From NCBI GenBank assembly GCA_963798845.1, contig CAWCUS010000006.1, positions 32,001 through 96,000 on the forward strand: a DNA stretch of 64,000 nucleotides, written 5' to 3'. The notes beneath the pieces were generated by a model. That model worked only from the letters and a program-made list of their open reading frames with translations. It made no database searches and had not been told where the DNA came from. The number at the start of each line of letters is the position of its first letter. The first letter of the stretch is position 1. The stretch is from an uncultured Gemmatimonadales bacterium. Lineage in GTDB: Bacteria > Gemmatimonadota > Gemmatimonadetes > Longimicrobiales > RSA9. This document shows, piece by piece, positions 26,264 through 37,265 of the stretch. The position numbers and the translations under genes are program-made.

Positions 26264-29200
26264 GCGACCACGTACGTCCCCTCGCCGGGCGCCGAACGCA
26301 CCTCGAGGTCGCCGCCGCGGAGCCGGAGACGCTCCCGCGCGCTGAACAGGCCCAGGCTGCCCCTGCGCCGATGGCCGTCCAGCGACGCCGGGTCGAACCC
26401 CAGGCCGTGGTCCCTCACCGTCACCTGTACCCGGTCGTCCCCGCGGGTCACCTCCACCACTGCGTGGCCGGTTCCCGCGTGCTTGGCCACGTTGAAGAGC
26501 AGCTCCCGCGTGACCTGGAAGAGGAGGATCCGGAGGTCGGCCGGTGGAATCACCACCTCCTCGTCGGCCTGGATCTCCACCTCGAGGCCGTGCATGTCGC
26601 GCATCTGGGTCCGCAGCCACTCGATGGCGCCGACCAATCCCTCGCCCTCCAGGATCGGAGGGTTCAGGTCGACCGTGAGCTGCCGCGTGCGGGTGATCGC
26701 CTGCCCGAGCAGGTCGAGGCTCTGCCGCGCCTGCTCGGCGGCGCCGGCGAGCTCTTCCCGCCGCGCCTGCTCCAGCGCCAGGCTGACCTTCATCTGGATG
26801 CCATAAAGCAGCTGCTGGAGGTCGTCGTGGAGCAGGTGCGACAGGCGTTGCCGCTCCTCCTGCTCGGCCACGGACAGCATCTCGGCAAGCCCCCGCACTT
26901 CCTCGGTGCGTTCCTGGACACGACGCTCGAGCTCCTCCTCCTCGTGCTTGCGATCGGTGATGTCGCGGATCCCCAGCAGGATGCGCTGGACCTTGTCGAG
27001 GCGGCGGGCGTTCAGCAGCATCACTCGCTCTCCGAGATCCTCGAACGCGTGGCGGACCTCGTAGTCGTTGAAGACTTCGTTGTCCGGCAACACGTCCTCG
27101 AGGAGCATGCGCAGCTCGGGGATGTCCCACTCGCCGCTGCCCAGGTCGTAGATACGGTGTCCGACGGTCTGTCGCTCCCGGACCAGGAAGTGGTCGTAGA
27201 AGGCCTGGTTGACCCGCTGCACCCGCAGTTCCGGATCCAGGACGAGCAGCGGCTCGTGCAGCGTCTCGAAGATGCTCTCGGCGTAGTCCCGGGCCTCCCG
27301 CAGCTCCTCTTCCGCCCGCTTCCGCTCGGTGATGTCCACGAACGTGGCCACCACGCCCTCGATCCGGTCGTCGTGGCTGCGGTAGGGAAGCACGCGTGTC
27401 AGGTACCACCGGCCGCCCTCATCGGACACCTCCCGCTCGACGGGGATCAGCCGCTCCAGAACCCGGCGCGCGTCCTCCTGAAGCTCGGCGTAGCGAAGCC
27501 GGTGCGTCAGGTCCCCGACGGGTCGTCCCCGATCCGCCGCTCGCACGTTGAACAGCTCGGCGACACGCGGGGTGTAGCGCATGATGCGAAGCTCCCGGTC
27601 CAGGAACAGCGTGGCGATGTCGCTCGCGGCCAGGAGGTTCTGGAGATCCCCGCTCAGCTGCGAAAGCTCCTCCACTCTGTGGCGGTTCTCCTGGTTCACC
27701 GTGTGGAGCTCCTCGTTCATGCTCTGGAGCTCCTCCTTGCTCGTCTCCAGCTCCTCCAGGGTGGAGCGGAGCTCCTCGTTCGACGACTGCAGCTCCTCGT
27801 TCGACGCACGCAGCTCCTCCTGGCCCGCCTCGTACTCCTCGATGATGCCCTGGAGCTGCTCCCGCGTCTGCCGCAGCTCCGCCTCCAGGCCGGCCACCCG
27901 CTCCGCGTCCGACCACGAGGCGACCGCCGCTCCGGGCGATCCTGCCGCACTCTCACCGTCACCGCCGATCTCCTGCCCGGCGCGTCCGGCCGCGGCGGTG
28001 TCCCGCCGCTCCGCTGCTGGCCGCTCTGTGAAAAGCACGAGAGCGAACCCCTCCTGACCCGGCTCGCCGGCAGGGCGAACGTCCATGGTCACTTCGGCGA
28101 ACTCGCCGTCGAAGCGCACCGCCTGCGGCCGCGTCCGCACGGACGCCTCCCGCTTCCTCGCCTCGTGCAGCGCCGATCGCAGCTCGATCCGGAGCTCCTC
28201 CCGGAGCAGCCTGTAGACACTGGACGTCAGCTCACCGCCCGGATGGACCAGGTACCGGCCAGCGTGCTCGGAGAGGTGGACCACGCGGTCGTCGGGGCTC
28301 ACCAGGAGGCCCGGCGGGCCGTACCGCTCGACAATGCGCTGGTGCATCTCCCCGTACGCAAGCGGTTCCGCGTCCGCCCGCCGGCGCTCCCCGGCTGCGT
28401 CCCGGCGGGGGTGCGTGACCGGGAAGACGGGGAGGCGCGGCTCCGGAGCCGAGACGTTGCGTCGTCGGTAGATGGACCTCTTTTCGTCGGCGACGCTGAA
28501 CAGATCCTGGGTTTCGACAGTTTCGGAGGTGCCCAGGACCAGGAAGCCGGCGGGACGAAGGGCGTAGTGGAAGATGTCGACCACGTCGCGCTGTACGCCG
28601 CGGCCCAGGTAGATGAGGACGTTGCGGCAGGAGATCAGGTCGATGCGTGAGAACGGCGGATCGGCGAGCAGGTTGTGGGGCGAGAACACCACCATCTCCC
28701 GCACCTGCGGACGGATCCGGTACCCGCCGTCCTCCTCGATGAAAAAGCGGCGCAGCCGCTCCAGGCTGACGTCCGTGGCGATGTCGCCCGGATAGAACCC
28801 TTCGCGCGCCTTCTCCAGAGACCCGTCGTGCAGGTCGCTCGCGAAGATCTGGATCCCGGGCGGCGCATTGCGCCGGGCGGCTTCCTCCACGAGCAGCATG
28901 GCGAGAGAGTACGCCTCCTCGCCCGTCGCGCACCCCACGCTCCAGACCCGGATCGTGTCGTCGGGGCCACGGCCCTCGAACAGGGCCGGGACCACCTCCT
29001 CCCCCAGCGCCTGCCAGACCTCCGGGTCCCGGAAAAAGCTGGTCACCGTGATCAGCAGGTCGGCTGCCAGCTCCCGCACCTCTTCGCCGTGCTCGCGCAG
29101 CAGCGTGACATACGCCTCCAGCTCCTCCACCCGGCGAATCCGCATCCTGCGCCCGATGCGCCGAAGGATCGTGCTCCGCTTGTAGTCGGTGAAATCATGC

Positions 29201-29920
29201 CCCGTGCGCTTCCGGATCTGGGCGAACACCGCCACTAGCAGCTGCGCCTGGTCCGTCTCCGGGGGCTCGTCCGAGTCCGGGATCGAGACTCTCGGCCGCG
29301 TGTGGGAGAACCCCAGTATCGCGTCGGCCATGGCGGCGATCGGCAGGATCGAATCCACCAGCCCAGTGGCGATGGCGCTCTGGGGCATGCCGTCGTACTC
29401 CGCCTCTCCCGGGTCCTGGACGATGGTGAACCCGCCCTTCTCCTTCACCTCCCGCAGCCCCAGCGTGCCGTCCGAGCCGGTCCCCGTCAGGATCACGCCC
29501 ACGGCATGGCCATCGTGGGTCCGCGCCAGCGTCCGGAAGAAATGGTCGATCGGCGCGCGCTCACGCCGACTCTCCTCCAGCTCGCTCAGCCGCAGGTGCG
29601 TGTCGATCGTGCTCAGGTTCGCGTTCGGCGGAATCACGTACACCCGGTCCGGCTCCAGCAGGACCGTCTCGCTCACCTGCTGCACGGGCAGCCGCACGTG
29701 AGGCTGGAGCAGCTCCGCCAGAATGGCTCTCGTGCTCCGGCGACAGGTGCACCACCACCACCCAGGCCAGCCCCGTCTCCGCCGGCACCTCGGCGAAGAA
29801 CGACTTCAGCGCGGCGAGCCCGCCCGCAGACGCGCCGATGCCGACGACCGTGGCGTGCTCCGCCGCATTGAAGCCCGCGTCCACGGCGCTGCTGTCGGGT
29901 GCGTGCCTGTCTTCAGCCAT
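26236..29920 (-). CDS. CheB-CheR-coiled-coil-PAS-HisKA_3 hybrid kinase (single-base frameshift at ~29722)
   Basis: ORF 29561..29920 (VVGIGASAGG, VVVHLSPEHESH) continues into ORF 26236..29697 (CheB TGTGSDG; CheR GCATGEEAYS; LHDDLQQLL H-box) if CATTCTG is read as CATCTG. Confidence 0.88.
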
Positions 29921-30043
29921 GGGAGGTCCAGCCTCGGGTGATTGTGAGGACCGAGCGGAGCGCGACTTCGCTAGGGCTGTTCAAAGATAGGTACACGCCC
30001 AGAACGCCGCACGAGGACGCCCCGCTCCGCCGGGGCCGGCCGC

Positions 30044-30832
30044 TCAGGGGAGCCTTGTGTAGCTGACCGTGACGCCCAGTGTGTAGCCGGTCCTTGCCTG
30101 GAAGATCCGCCGCAGCCCGAGGTGAACGTCGAGCCCGCGCGTGGCGAGCTGCTGCACACCGACGCCGAGGCCGGTGAAGAACGCCAGCCCCGTGGATGGC
30201 GCGGCCGCAGAGCAGCGGATGTCCAGCATGGCGCCCGGCGAGATGAAGGCGGCGAGCCGAACGCTCTGCAGCATGGCCACGGAGAAGGGGGCGGCGGCGT
30301 CGACGGTGCAGGCATCCACGCCGGGTCGGATCCCGGGTGCGTAGCCAAACCCGATCTCGGTGCCCAGCGTGCTCGTGGCGGTGTAGTCGCCGATCACGGA
30401 CGCGATCGTGGGGCCGGACGTGATGAAGTTGAGCCGGGCACGGGCGCCGAACATCGGGTGGCCCCGGCAGTCGGCCGCCGCCGTCCCGCACTTGCGCTGG
30501 ACGTAGCCGGCTGTCAGGCCAAACACGGAGCCACCGCGCCACTGGAGGTCGATCCCCCCGCCCAGGGCGAGAGGGTTCGCCCCGCTGCCGCGGAGCTGGC
30601 CGACTGCCAACCTCGCCGCCCAGTAGTTGTGGTTCCGGCTCGCGGGCATCGGGAGGGCGAGGGGCGGCAGGGCGCCCAGTGGGGTGGAGAGCAGTCGCGC
30701 GGCCCGGATCGCCGCGGTCGATTCCTGTGCCGGGGCCCGCTCTGCTCTGGAGAGCAGCGCCACCAGCGCGAAAGCGAGCGCTGCGATCGTCAGTCGAGGG
30801 CGGCCTCGACGGCCCGGCATTCGGCTATTCAC
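30044..30832 (-). CDS. hypothetical exported protein, probable beta-barrel
   Basis: Signal peptide; strand-like segments ending GYTLGVTVSYTRLP; overlaps the stop of the upstream gene. Confidence 0.6.
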   Translation of the reverse strand: MNSRMPGRRGRPRLTIAALAFALVALLSRAERAPAQESTAAIRAARLLSTPLGALPPLALPMPASRNHNYWAARLAVGQLRGSGANPLALGGGIDLQWRGGSVFGLTAGYVQRKCGTAAADCRGHPMFGARARLNFITSGPTIASVIGDYTATSTLGTEIGFGYAPGIRPGVDACTVDAAAPFSVAMLQSVRLAAFISPGAMLDIRCSAAAPSTGLAFFTGLGVGVQQLATRGLDVHLGLRRIFQARTGYTLGVTVSYTRLP

Positions 30833-31907
30833 GGGCCTCGAGCCAGCGCGTGTAGGCGAGCCCGCCGACGCCGTGGCGGTCGTAGCGGTAAACGCGCAGG
30901 AGGACGCCGCGCGGCTTCAGGATGTCCAGGCGCATGAAGCCGAGGCTGTTCTGCGCCACGTAGTAGCTCTCGCGCATCCACACCGCACACGAGGTCTTCG
31001 AGCCCGCACCGCTCACCAGGAGATACGGCACCGTGCGGCCGCCCCGGAGCACCTGGAGCACGTGCTCGTGCCCGGCGGCGTACACCAGCGGGGCGTGCTC
31101 GGAGAACGCGCTCTCGATCGAGTCACGCATGGTGCGGTTGGCGCGGGAGATGATGTCCTGGCTGCGCCCGCCGAACCGGTGGAAGGGTGCGGTGGCACCG
31201 CAGTACCCTCCGTGCGGTCCCCCCGTCATCAACGGGTGGTGCCCGGCAACGACCGTGACCTGGTCGTCGCGATGGGGCACGACGACGGCGCGCAGCCGCC
31301 GGGTGACCGCCCCGGGGTCGAGAGTGCAGCCGGACCGCTCGTCGTGGACGATGTATTCGTGCAGCCACCACTCCGTGTCGAGCACGACCACGCGCAGTCG
31401 CCCGGTGTCCACTGCCACGGGCCCGGGGCAGCCCTCGCCCGGCAGCATCTGGATGTCCCGTCCGGTCGCCAGCGATCGGAGCATCCCCTGCTCCAGCCGG
31501 ACCGAGTTGAGGCCGAACACGCCCCCGCCCGCCCAGTCGTGGTTCCCGGGAAGGAAGATCGCCCTCGCGCCGGGCGGAACCGCATCGATCTGCGCACGCA
31601 GGCGACGCCGCGCGTCCGCCCGCTCTGCAGCACCCTCTTCCCGGGCTCCGAGCGGCTGGACCCCGTCCGGATAGACGTTGTCTCCCAGGAAGAGGATCAG
31701 CGAGCGTTCAGGGGCCACGGCGGCCTGCCGCGCCAGCGAATCGAGCGGTGGACCCAGCCGGAGCCGGGGGTCGGGCGCGCCTGCGTCGCCCACGAGGAAG
31801 AGCGTCGTCTGAATCGATGCCGGCTCCGGCTCGACCGGCCGCACGCCGCCGTGGCAGCCCGCCAGGGCGGCCGGCAGGAGCGCAAGGGCGAGCAGGTCAC
31901 GGTTCAT
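30825..31907 (-). CDS. calcineurin-like metallophosphoesterase lipoprotein
   Basis: Lipobox LAGC; GDAG, LGDNVY, GNHDW, GHHP, GHEH motifs. Confidence 0.88.
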   Translation of the reverse strand: MNRDLLALALLPAALAGCHGGVRPVEPEPASIQTTLFLVGDAGAPDPRLRLGPPLDSLARQAAVAPERSLILFLGDNVYPDGVQPLGAREEGAAERADARRRLRAQIDAVPPGARAIFLPGNHDWAGGGVFGLNSVRLEQGMLRSLATGRDIQMLPGEGCPGPVAVDTGRLRVVVLDTEWWLHEYIVHDERSGCTLDPGAVTRRLRAVVVPHRDDQVTVVAGHHPLMTGGPHGGYCGATAPFHRFGGRSQDIISRANRTMRDSIESAFSEHAPLVYAAGHEHVLQVLRGGRTVPYLLVSGAGSKTSCAVWMRESYYVAQNSLGFMRLDILKPRGVLLRVYRYDRHGVGGLAYTRWLEARE

Positions 31908-32066
31908 TTCACGCGGGGTCCGGTGATCCGCCGGGCGGCTGCGCACGTTCCGGACCAGCGGTCGAAGGCGCCGCCACCGCCCTCCACCGCTGGTTCGCGG
32001 CGCGGCGCTCCGACCACGCCCCCGGCCCCGCGTGCCGGGAGCCGTGAATGAGCCGCCCGGCTCCGC

Positions 32067-33476
32067 TCAGGCGAAGCCGAACAGCGGCGGGAAGAGAAGG
32101 GCGACCACGGTCGCCCAGCCGGCGATGACGTAGAGGTAGGACATCTGCCATCCCCACAGGCGCGTGAACGCCGATTCCCCACGAAGGAACCGGGCCTGCA
32201 GGAACGCCGAGCCGGCGAGATTCACGAGCAGCACCCCGTTCATGCCCAGCGCCGCCAGCCGGTTGGGAGTCGAGCCGAACTCCGATATCCGTGCCCCGAT
32301 GGCCCACAGCGCGAGGGCGTCGACGAGCAACGCGGTGCAGACCAGCGTGAGCTGGATCCAGTCGAGGAGGCCGGGCGCGGCCACGGGATCCCGGGCGGAC
32401 ATCGAGTAGAGCAGAAGACCGAACACCACCACCAGCAGGAGGTCGACCGCGATCAGGATCTCCCGCTCCACGTCGATCCCCCTCCCGGTCGCCGCCATGG
32501 TCACGACGAAGGAGAGGAGCACCAGCGCGAAGAGGGGGATGAAGATGCGAGCCAGGACCGGCGCCATGTTCTCGATCACCGCCTGCTTCGCTTCCACGAG
32601 CCACGTGGCCACCACGGTGGCCCCCGCGAACCCGCAGGGCACGATCCACGTCTGGGCCAGGCGCTCCACGTCAATGCCGATGGCCTGGAACAACGCCAGG
32701 GTCAGACCGATGAGCACGCCCCCGCCCAGGGCGATCAGGACGAAGTAGATGAAGAGCTCCCCCGTGAAACGGACGAAGTCCATCCGCCTCTCGCTCCCCC
32801 GCCACCGCCCGCCCACGTACGCCACACCCACCGCCAGCCAGAGCGCGATCGGCAGGTGGAGAACGGTCAGCAGCGCGGTATCCGGCTCGCTCCCCGGCGA
32901 GCGGGAGAATGGGAAGGCGTTCACGACCACGGCCGCCAGGAGGAAGGCGGCGGCCAGCCACGCCCGCTTCGATGACGGCAGCGGCCGATCCCAGGCGAAG
33001 TACGCCGATATGAACGGGAGCGTGAAGAAACCGATGTTGAGCGGGTAGAAGAGGCTCGCGTCTTCATCGAAGGCGACGCCGAAGAACATGGGCACCTTGA
33101 TCGCCAGCGCCGCCGCCGCCGCGAGAGCGACGGCGACCCACATCGTCCGGGACCCGTAACCACCGGCCGACTCTTCGCCTCCAGCCCCTCCGTCTCCCGA
33201 AAGAACGAGCTGCTTCCACAGGCGATCCGAATGCTCCCGCGCGAATTCCCGGGTCAGCGCATCGATGGCCCCCATGCGCTTGACCGCCACCAGAAACGCC
33301 TCGTCGTCCGAAAGCCCCTGTTCGCCCAGCGTCGACATCTGCTCCCGGAGGTGGTCCTCCATCTCCGCCACGTCCGGCTCCGAGATCGCCCGGCTCCGGC
33401 GGAGGTGCGCACGCCAGGCCTCGACCTGCTCTTCAATGGCATGCACCGGGGGATCATCCGGGCGATTCGCGTCCAT
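32067..33476 (-). CDS. permease-prefix-domain membrane protein (PadR-associated)
   Basis: N-terminal EMEDHLRE…GLSDDEAFLVAVKRMG prefix followed by about 10 TM helices. Confidence 0.8.
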   Translation of the reverse strand: MDANRPDDPPVHAIEEQVEAWRAHLRRSRAISEPDVAEMEDHLREQMSTLGEQGLSDDEAFLVAVKRMGAIDALTREFAREHSDRLWKQLVLSGDGGAGGEESAGGYGSRTMWVAVALAAAAALAIKVPMFFGVAFDEDASLFYPLNIGFFTLPFISAYFAWDRPLPSSKRAWLAAAFLLAAVVVNAFPFSRSPGSEPDTALLTVLHLPIALWLAVGVAYVGGRWRGSERRMDFVRFTGELFIYFVLIALGGGVLIGLTLALFQAIGIDVERLAQTWIVPCGFAGATVVATWLVEAKQAVIENMAPVLARIFIPLFALVLLSFVVTMAATGRGIDVEREILIAVDLLLVVVFGLLLYSMSARDPVAAPGLLDWIQLTLVCTALLVDALALWAIGARISEFGSTPNRLAALGMNGVLLVNLAGSAFLQARFLRGESAFTRLWGWQMSYLYVIAGWATVVALLFPPLFGFA

Positions 33477-33480
33477 GTGC

Positions 33481-33861
33481 TCAGCCCTGCCGGGGGTGGG
33501 GAGCCGCTCTCCCGTTGACGCTCCGATATTCGACCATGCCCGACCAGATCTTCCGGAGCGCCTCGTCCACGGTCCGCCACTGGTGGCGCTCCTCTGCCAG
33601 CTGCGCCCGTCCGGCCTTCGTCAGCCTGTAGTACTTCCGCCGCCTCCCCGCTTCCGACTTCTGCCACCGGGATTCCACCAGGCTGGACCGCTCGAGTCGA
33701 TGCAGGACCGGATACAGCATTCCGTCCGTCCACTCCAGCGCCCCGCCGGACAGCTCACGAACCCGCTGCAATATGGCGTAGCCGTAACTGTCGCCCTCGG
33801 CGAGGATCGCCAGAACCAGCGGCGTCGACGACGCGGCTACGAGCTCCCTGTTGATGCTCAT
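33481..33861 (-). CDS. PadR family transcriptional regulator
   Basis: SYGYAI, DGMLYPVLHRLE, RRRKYYRLT. Confidence 0.92.
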   Translation of the reverse strand: MSINRELVAASSTPLVLAILAEGDSYGYAILQRVRELSGGALEWTDGMLYPVLHRLERSSLVESRWQKSEAGRRRKYYRLTKAGRAQLAEERHQWRTVDEALRKIWSGMVEYRSVNGRAAPHPRQG

Positions 33862-33953
33862 GAAATCCGCGCCATGCTCCGGCCACGACCGCTGCCCGCA
33901 CCGCCGTGGAACGCCCCGTCCGCGTCGGCCCGGGCTGGAGGCGAGGTTCTATA

Positions 33954-33968
33954 CATAGTGGAACTATG
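33954..33968. promoter_or_regulatory. palindromic operator upstream of padR
   Basis: CATAGT-GGA-ACTATG in an AT-rich patch ~93 nt upstream of the padR start. Confidence 0.55.
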
Positions 33969-34131
33969 CATTGAAGGCCTACGCTTCGCAAGCACCTTTC
34001 CGCCACTCGCACCACAGAAATGAGGCGAACGCGTCACGAGCGTCTTGTTCGACCGGAGGAACCGTAGCAATTTGTTGTAATCTCCGGCTTCTGCTGCTGC
34101 CCGGCCGACACGCGACCCACCATGATCGGCT

Positions 34132-35832
34132 GTGGCTCAGCGGTACGTCGTCGCGTCTCCAGGGCCGGAGAGTCCTTTGCAATCCACGACGCTCGGTGGC
34201 GGAGACCTGGCTTCGGCAGCCTCGGAACGGACCCGGTTTCGGATCCCGTTGCGTGACAGCGCACCCCTCTTCGTGCTCTCCCTTTGTGCACGTTTTCTGG
34301 CGCTCCGTTTCTCCACGATCGAGTCGGGCGATTCGGCAGCGCGGGTCTGGCTGGGGTGGCGCTGGCTGGATCACCCGTTCTTCATGACGGACGGGGTATG
34401 GGGTCCGCTTCATTTCTACCTCATCGGCGGCGCTCTCTTCCTGTGGCCGGATCCTGTCTGGGGTCCGACGCTGCTCCACGTCGTCATGGGCGCGAGCGTG
34501 CCGGTCGCGGTCTACGGGCTGAGTCGCGAGATCTTCGACGATCGTCGATCCGCCCTGCTTGCGGGCACCGCGGCAGCCGTCTACCCGACGGCTGTGGCGA
34601 TCAGCGTGGTGGCGGCGTCCGAAACGCCGTTCGTGCTGTTCCTGTCCGTCGGCATGCTCTTCATCGCGCGCACCAGGGCCTCGTCGAGCGCCGTTCGGGA
34701 CCCACTAGTCGCGGGCCTCGCGATCGGGCTGGCGTCGATGCTACGGTACGAGGCCTGGATGCTGCTCCCGTTTCTGACGCTGTTGCTGATCCGGCGGCCG
34801 GCACAGGCAGCGCTCTTCCTCGGTGTCGCCCTGGTTCACCCGGTCGTCTGGATGGCGGGCAATTACCTCGCGCACGGCGACCCGCTCTTCAGCTTCGCGT
34901 GGGCGGCGAGGTACGAGCGGGACCTTATGGGTCACGCCGAGGCGGTCACGCTGACCGGCGTAGCGAGGACCATCGGCCGGCTTGTCTGGACGATCCAGCG
35001 CGGCCTGAGCCTTCCCCTGAGCGCGCTGGCTTTGGTCGGCATCGCGGGGAGCCTGCGTCGTCGCGAGGGGGTCGCGGTCTGGCTGCTCCTCCCTGCGGGG
35101 CTGTTCGTGCTCTACGTCGTGGCGGCGGCCCGTGGATCATTGTTGCTGAAGTGGGAATACACGGTGACGTACGGCATATTGCTCATGCCGCTGGTCGCCG
35201 AGTCGTCTCGTGTGCTGGGCATGAACCGGTGGTCCCGCCCCCGGTTCGTCGGTACGATGACGCTCCTGGTCCTGGCTGTCGGTCTCAGCGCGTACGAGCC
35301 CGCCTGGCAGGTGCTTCCCGGGCGGCGCTTCTTCTTCGCGGACGCGACCCCCGGATTCTTCAAGGAAGCGGAGGCGAAGAGGGTGCTGGAACTCGTGAAC
35401 GCAGGTCGAGCGACCGGTCACGACGCCGCCGTCATTGACTTCTTCGGATGGTCTCCCTCGGCCTACGTTGCGCTCCACACCGGACTCCACCCGAGTCGGC
35501 TCTGCAAGACGAGCGGGGCGCCCAACATCAACCTGGATCCCGCCGACTTCGCACGGTTCGTGGCCGCGAACCCGAAGGGGGTGATGATCACGCGCGATCA
35601 TGGACGCCTCGATTCCATGCTCCAGCGGAAGACGGACGAGGTGGCGCAGCTGGACGATCTGCTGCTCCGGATCAGTCCGGTGGGGGTGGTTCCCTGGACC
35701 ACTGCCCCCGGTGGAGAGCGGGAATCCCTTCACGTGGACCGCTACGAGCTGATCTCCGGGTCGACCGGAACCTCGAGACGGGGCGGCCGGTGCATCTCCT
35801 CCTGCGTCCCGGACTTCTGCGCGGACGAGTGA
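34132..35832 (+). CDS. membrane glycosyltransferase, GT-C (ArnT/PMT-like); start uncertain
   Basis: Multiple TM helices; early acidic motif ESGDSAAR; WGPLHFY; SETPFVLF; LRYEAW. Confidence 0.75.
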   Translation: MAQRYVVASPGPESPLQSTTLGGGDLASAASERTRFRIPLRDSAPLFVLSLCARFLALRFSTIESGDSAARVWLGWRWLDHPFFMTDGVWGPLHFYLIGGALFLWPDPVWGPTLLHVVMGASVPVAVYGLSREIFDDRRSALLAGTAAAVYPTAVAISVVAASETPFVLFLSVGMLFIARTRASSSAVRDPLVAGLAIGLASMLRYEAWMLLPFLTLLLIRRPAQAALFLGVALVHPVVWMAGNYLAHGDPLFSFAWAARYERDLMGHAEAVTLTGVARTIGRLVWTIQRGLSLPLSALALVGIAGSLRRREGVAVWLLLPAGLFVLYVVAAARGSLLLKWEYTVTYGILLMPLVAESSRVLGMNRWSRPRFVGTMTLLVLAVGLSAYEPAWQVLPGRRFFFADATPGFFKEAEAKRVLELVNAGRATGHDAAVIDFFGWSPSAYVALHTGLHPSRLCKTSGAPNINLDPADFARFVAANPKGVMITRDHGRLDSMLQRKTDEVAQLDDLLLRISPVGVVPWTTAPGGERESLHVDRYELISGSTGTSRRGGRCISSCVPDFCADE

Positions 35833-36161
35833 CGTCGGGCGTATGCGGGATGGCATGGATCGGGCCGTGGGCCCGCGGCCCGAGGCCCGCGTCATGAGGA
35901 GTGCGCTGGCGTTAGCGACAGGGTCCACGGGTCCGCAGCCGTAGACCACGCTCATGCCTCGTGCCCCGGGACCCTCCTGTCGTTCATGACCGAGAGCTTC
36001 CGCCGCACCGTTTGCAGGTCCATCCCGCAGGGAGCGCTCGCCGTGATCCGCACGTTGATCCGGCGGCGGTTGGAGCATCCGCCCCGGAGCGCGGACCGGC
36101 GAAGTGGATTGTGCGCCGACTCGTACTTGCGATATTGAGCCCACCCCGGATGGGAGCCCAC

Positions 36162-37184
36162 GTGTACAGCACCTGCCTCTTCTGCAACTCGGACCTCGGG
36201 ACGAACGGAGTCGTCGAAGCCTTCCCGGTGGGCCGCCGCCTCGCCTTCGATCCACATCGCGGTCGGCTCTGGGTCGTGTGCAGGCGGTGCGAGCGGTGGA
36301 ACCTGTCGCCGCTCGAAGAGCGGTGGGAAGCCATGGAGACGCTCGAAGGGATGTACCGGAGCACGCGCGTCCGCGTATCCACCGAACACGTCGGCCTGGC
36401 CCGACACCCTGAAGGGCTGGAGATGGTGCGGATCGGCAAGCCGCTGAGGCCCGAGTTCGCGGCGTGGCGCTACGGCGACCAGTTCGGCCGGCGACGCAGG
36501 CGCGCGATCCTTTACGGAGTGGGAGGCGCCGCCGTGTTCCTGGGCGTGGTCGTCGGTGGAACGGTCACGGGCGTCATCAGCGGAGGTCTCATCGCGCAAT
36601 CCGGCAACTTCGTCAACATGTGGACCAACCTGCGGACGCGGGTGAAGCTCCGCACGGCGGACGGTGACGTGCTCCGTCTCAAGAACCCCGACCTGCTCGG
36701 GACCCGAATCCGACCCGCCGGGGATGACGTCGGCTTCGCCATCGAGGTGCGCAAGGGCAGGCGAAAGCAGTGGTTCAAGGGCGAGGAGGCACGTCGTGTC
36801 GCGGGGCTGATCCTGCCGAAGATGAACGCCGCGGGTGGGAAGCGCACCACCGTGCTCGACGCTGTCACCCAGATCGAGACCCACACTCACCCGGATGCGT
36901 TCCTCCGGGCCATCGCCGAGGGCCAGCGTTTCACTGACAGGAAGGGCGTGCCGGGCTACGTCAACAAGATGCCAGGAGGCACGAAGCTGGCCGTCGAGAT
37001 GGCGCTCCACGAGGAGTCGGAGCGGCGGGCGCTGGAAGGGGAGCTCTGGCGGCTGGAGCAGGCCTGGCAGGCCGCCGAAGAGATCGCGGCCATTGCCGAC
37101 GACCTCCTCGTTCCCGAGGCAGCCCGCCGGTTCCTCGCCGACGCCGCGGCACGTCAGGCACGCGGAGGGATCGGGCGGCGATGA
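36162..37184 (+). CDS. hypothetical Zn-finger (CxxC…CxxC) single-TM protein
   Basis: GTG start after GGGAG; YSTCLFC…VVCRRCERWNLSPLEERWE; central hydrophobic segment; C-terminal helical ALHEESERRALEGEL. Confidence 0.7.
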   Translation: MYSTCLFCNSDLGTNGVVEAFPVGRRLAFDPHRGRLWVVCRRCERWNLSPLEERWEAMETLEGMYRSTRVRVSTEHVGLARHPEGLEMVRIGKPLRPEFAAWRYGDQFGRRRRRAILYGVGGAAVFLGVVVGGTVTGVISGGLIAQSGNFVNMWTNLRTRVKLRTADGDVLRLKNPDLLGTRIRPAGDDVGFAIEVRKGRRKQWFKGEEARRVAGLILPKMNAAGGKRTTVLDAVTQIETHTHPDAFLRAIAEGQRFTDRKGVPGYVNKMPGGTKLAVEMALHEESERRALEGELWRLEQAWQAAEEIAAIADDLLVPEAARRFLADAAARQARGGIGRR

Positions 37185-37265
37185 TCGGGCGGCTGCCTTC
37201 TTGCACAGTCAGAATAGGCGTCGGTCCGTTCACCACCGCCGCCGCCGGTTCATCGAGGGCAGATC

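Noticed and set aside
33862..36161. Horizontally acquired island around the GT-C gene
   Set aside because: Codon usage looks slightly less GC3-biased, but I see no integrase, tRNA, transposase or flanking direct repeats and cannot quantify the shift.
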